In this document: positions 59,551 to 64,000 of the stretch, in pieces
Numbering within the stretch: position 1 is the first letter of the stretch
How the letters are laid out: the number at the start of each line of letters is the position of its first letter
From: Eledone cirrhosa
Lineage: Eukaryota
Assembly: GCA_964016885.1 (NCBI GenBank)
Contig: OZ024747.1
Span: 87,358,001-87,422,000, forward strand
Direction: 5' to 3'
Length of the DNA stretch: 64,000 bases
Notes under the pieces: generated by a model
The model's input: the letters and a program-made list of their open reading frames with translations, nothing else
Told to the model about the DNA's origin: nothing
Database searches by the model: none
Position numbers and translations under genes: made by a program

Positions 59551-60142
59551 CACGTATATATGTATGTGTGCATGTGAGGTTTCTTTATAAGTCTCCAAGT
59601 AATATTTGGAGTTCGTATTGTGAATAGAGGTTAGAGACCACGGGTCTATTCAACCAAGTCCTAATTTGGTGCTAAACGACAACAACGTGGTTGATAAACA
59701 CGACTTTATCTCACAACGTATAAATGTGTGGCCTTCTGCCAATATAAGAGATCCTAATCATCGAGGGTACTGCGGAAACTTAGAACTAAATGCAGTACAG
59801 TATTTATTTTTGTCCCTTGCCGTTTTTAGTTCAAATCCCACTAAAGCCGATTTTACTTTTCATCTCTCCGATGTCGATAAAATAAGTATCTGATATGTTC
59901 TGAGTTGAATCAGTCGACTTTACTACTCCCTACCTATGTGTGGCTTTGTGCCAATCTATGAAACTGTTGTTGTTGATACTGTTATCGGATGCGTGTTTCG
60001 AAGCACCGGTAATTACAGTATTAAAAACGCTTTGTGGAGGTATTGTACATTTTGTTTTTGGCACTAATCACAAATAGGCCACCGGGAATATTTCTTAGGT
60101 AGTGGTTTATAGTTCCTATCACTAACAATTAAACAGAATAGT

Positions 60143-60800
60143 ATAGGGCGACTAAAAAAATGGCCCCATTTTCATTTTTGTCTATATTGTTCATTTGTTC
60201 ATTTGTTTTACAAAAACTGATGATATTTCTGTCCTGAGCTACAGTACATGTTCCAAGTAATCCCCATTTGAATCCATGCATTTTGGGGGGCACATGTTGA
60301 AGTTTAGCATAACGTCTTTACAAAGGGACCTATGGATGGCTCTGATCTCCTCCCTTGTGATTTCCTTTAGTTCAGTGAGGGTTTATTGATATACTCCCTA
60401 TCCTTCAGATAGCCCCAACGAAAGGAATCTGATGTGGATTAAATCAGGGCTTTGTGGGGCCTATTTAAAATATGTCTTCAAACTGATAACATGATTTCCA
60501 AAGTTATTTTTCAGTCATTCTCGCGTCTCATTGGAGTTGTGAGAGCTTGCTCCGTCTTGCTGGAACCAAAGATTATTCATTAGAGATGGTTACATGGTCA
60601 GTAGCTCCTTTTTGAAGTTTTCCAGGACCTCCACATAAAGTTCCTTTGTGAAGAAGAATGGGCCAATTAACCCTCTCTCAGAAATAGCAGCCCAGATGGT
60701 ATTTTTAGCTGCGTGTAGAGGTTTCACAGCCACTTAAATGTATTTCTCCGACCTCCAAAACACATAAGTACATCCACAGAGTAGAAACTTATTTGGTTAA
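60143..60800 (-). mobile_element. mariner-like (approx. DD41D, rosa-type) transposase remnant
   Basis: KPLHAAKNTIWAAISERGLIGPFFF...WFQQDGASSH...APQSPDL../SDSFRWGYLKD, with stops and a frameshift. About 41 residues separate the second and third D. Confidence 0.8.
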
Positions 60801-61189
60801 CCCATGTTGTGAGAAAATTTATTTAACCTTACGACTATTGCCAACGTCGGTATATATTCTACAAATAAATTTCACCGGGCTTCTGACAATGTATATTTAG
60901 GAAGAAGCACCATATACAGCATACTGATGTGCATATCATAGAATTATAGAATCTCGGTTGGAATGAAAATATTTGCTGGTATCTTCAATAGTTAAATAAT
61001 ACGTCAACAGAGACTCAAAGTTTTTAAAAAATTAACTAGCATCAGGTAAGACGCGTGATGAGGCTAAAGAATGAAGCTACAATATCATATGACATCGGCT
61101 ATGTCCAACAATCAATTCAAAACTTTATGCTCCGCTGTATTTTCAACGACACAACAACACAAACGTTATTAAAACACAATGTCTCTGGG

Positions 61190-61266
<77 letters not shown>

Positions 61267-61606
61267 TATAATTAATAATTGAAGTTCTATTCTACTAAAC
61301 AGTGAAACAAAGGCAAGGATGTGCAAAATGTTTTTATTATTTGAGTGTAAAGATGAGGGTGGGGATGAAACCATCATTGACATACTTATTAATATTTGTT
61401 TAAATAAAGAGATGTGACACACAAATATACAGATATTGCAAACATTGAAATGCCATCTGTGCAAATCTTAAACTACTGCATTTTTCCAGCTGGGTGAACT
61501 AGTGTTACGTGAAAATATAGTGTCTTTCTGAAGGATCTCGCCTGGTCTGGATATCGTAATCCCGATCTTACGATTGTGAGCCTAAAACTCTCACCAACAG
61601 ATCACG

Positions 61607-61650
<44 letters not shown>

Positions 61651-61930
61651 CACACACACCGTATTTATGCATGCGTAATTACTCAGAAATCATGAGAAAT
61701 ACAGAAATTGTATACTGTGGACATTGTACTACAATACTGTAATCACGTCGTTGTCATCGAAGATCTGATCACAGATTAGTCATAAAATAAGTACAGTTAA
61801 TACAAATGATTAATTGAAATAGGTTACTGATAGTTACGTAATATGTTTACTTAAATACATATTTATATATACATACTTAATATACACATACATAAATTAA
61901 AAAGTAATCGCTGAAAGTGCATACATACAG

Positions 61931-62034
<104 letters not shown>

Positions 62035-62130
62035 CAAGGAGACAACAGAGGTACAAAACGTTTTATTAGTTTCACGCTTTATATTGGAAAGAGGAAATAA
62101 AAATAAAAACATATATATATATGTATAATA

Positions 62131-62309
62131 TAAGATCAAAAGATGGTTAAAGGAGTTCCATGTATTTTATTATGCGCATTTCAAAAACAAACATCATCAT
62201 GCAATAATATTTGTGTTTTCATCAGATAAAACAGGAGAACATGATATGAAGGCTAAAAAACACTTGTGGATAGTGCAGTTTTAAATCAACATAAAACTCA
62301 CCTCCTACA
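62131..62309 (-). mobile_element. Family B element
   Basis: Homologous to 18082-18310 but lacking ~40 nt; flanked by TA repeats. Confidence 0.75.
62163..62233 (-). ncRNA. Type I hammerhead ribozyme (family B)
   Basis: Intact core, ~15-bp stem II closed by a GCAU loop, and palindromic stem III AUGCGCAU. Confidence 0.75.
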
Positions 62310-62609
62310 TTATATATATGTATATATATATATCCATTCTCTCATTTCCACCAAAGAGGTCCGATGTGCCATTGATTACAGAGTCGGGCTAGATCGATGC
62401 AGATCGAACCTTGTACTGATCAATTGCGAAACGCGTGTCACCAGCTAATAAACGTAATGAAGGAGTACTCGTCCTTGTTTTATTTTATCATATATATATA
62501 TAAGAATTAAAATACTAGAGTGTGTTGAAGTTAAACACACTCGTCGTATTATAGAAATGATACAGCTCAATGTAATTAAACAGAGCCGAAGAATATTTTT
62601 TATAATTTT

Positions 62610-62640
<31 letters not shown>

Positions 62641-63284
62641 GGTGTGTTTCTGTGGGCGAAATACTCAGCCACTCGATATATTAATTCACGAGCAGGGTGT
62701 TCCGTTGATCGAATCAACTGAAACTCTCGTTGTCGAAACCTCTCCATAAATTTGGAGATGTTTGGCGATATTTTCCTTTCGGTTTCCTTAAATAATTGAT
62801 AAAAACGAATTTAATAGTAATCGTTGTTCAGACAAGTGTAAGTCCAATGAACATCAATATGTTGTTGCACAGTTGTGTATATAAAGACTAGTGACCATGT
62901 CCTTGGCTTCAAGATTTATCGAAGTATGTGTTATTGGATAATATTCTCTAACATGTGGCCATTTTTTTTTTCAGACATCGTGTGTCTGGAACTGCATATT
63001 CTGTGTATTTTCTTATATTTTTAATGGTAGATAATGGGTATTTGGCTGCCATTTCATGCAGCCCAAGTGACTATTTAGTGGCATCTACTCGAGCCCGAAT
63101 AGCCAGCCACCGGGTGTCCTTGGTGAAGATCAATTTATATTCTGCTGTTTGAATTTTCATATATCGCGGATTAAATATACAAGCTGTCACTTCTGCTTCA
63201 AGTTTACTGTGGACGAGACTGACATACACACTTTTCAGCTGACCTTTCGTATATATTTTTCAATCACATATTTTTTTATTTGTT

Positions 63285-63472
63285 TGACCTGAATTACTTG
63301 GTCGTTTCTATGGCTGTGTGGATGACGGTTTAACCATCGTCTCAGTGTGTTTGGCCTTTAACATATGTTGTAGCTCTGGTTCGTCAGAATTATTGAGCGC
63401 TTGCCACACATCTCGGAAGTTGTTTTTCGCTAATTCCAAAGCCGAAATACGATTCTCGCTAATTTATATTTG

Positions 63473-63475
<3 letters not shown>
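63285..63475 (+). mobile_element. Family E element
   Basis: Homologous to 2985-3180; stem-loop at 63373-63398. Confidence 0.5.
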
Positions 63476-63536
<61 letters not shown>

Positions 63537-63540
<4 letters not shown>

Positions 63541-63720
63541 AAAAGGTTCAGGACGAAGACGGCAGATCTCAAGCCGTTTCGACGGCTATTTCCAGAAATA
63601 ACCGTCGAAACGGCTTGAGCTCTGCCGTCGGGGTCCTGAACCTTTTCCTACTCTACTACCCAAAGTATCGAGTACTCTGGTAAGTTATGGTCCACCTGGT
63701 TCCTTACCACACTTCCTTCG

Positions 63721-63723
<3 letters not shown>
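63537..63723 (+). mobile_element. Family A fold-back element
   Basis: Inverted repeat 63537-63650, stem-loop 63650-63673. Confidence 0.75.
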
Positions 63724-63762
<39 letters not shown>

Positions 63763-64000
63763 GTGTGTGTATCCATTTGTAACTCTTTACAGTTTACATA
63801 CACACACATGCACAATGCATTTCTCGTATCAATCATGCTATTACAACAAGAAATTTACTTTCCAGTCACAAGGTTCCGAGTTCTAAATCACATTTCTCCC
63901 TCTAAATAATTATATCCTAGAAATAAATTATTAAAATAACAAAACTTGAAATAGGATTGGATCGCGTTCACTTGACACCGAAAGATTGCTTACCTTTTTT

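Overview
This is an AT-rich animal genomic window, mostly intronic or intergenic, and not prokaryotic. The repeat landscape (very long (TA)n, (CA)n and (CATA)n arrays, a tRNA-headed SINE with a GCCTTTCATCCTTACGGGGTCGATAA core, and decayed RTE, R4/Dong, CR1, Tx1, CRE, Tc1 and mariner pieces) is consistent with an octopod cephalopod; that assignment is an inference. Nearly all long ORFs in the track are microsatellite artefacts. The only good host-gene signal is an exon encoding a signal peptide at 32880-32961 (+). The main result is a dense set of short non-coding elements sitting in (TA)n tracts that carry type I hammerhead ribozyme (HHR) folds: about 14 recognisable copies from at least 5 sequence-unrelated families. 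These include a ~500-bp tandem array with one HHR per unit (38350-39965; retrozyme or Penelope pseudo-LTR-like). Many copies end in a fold-back inverted duplication centred at or near the ribozyme. Several unrelated families share a covarying bulged stem-loop (RCUC-stem-loop-UU-GAGY) between the ribozyme and the (TA)n junction; I do not recognise it as described. All folds were derived by eye; no searches or folding programs were run.
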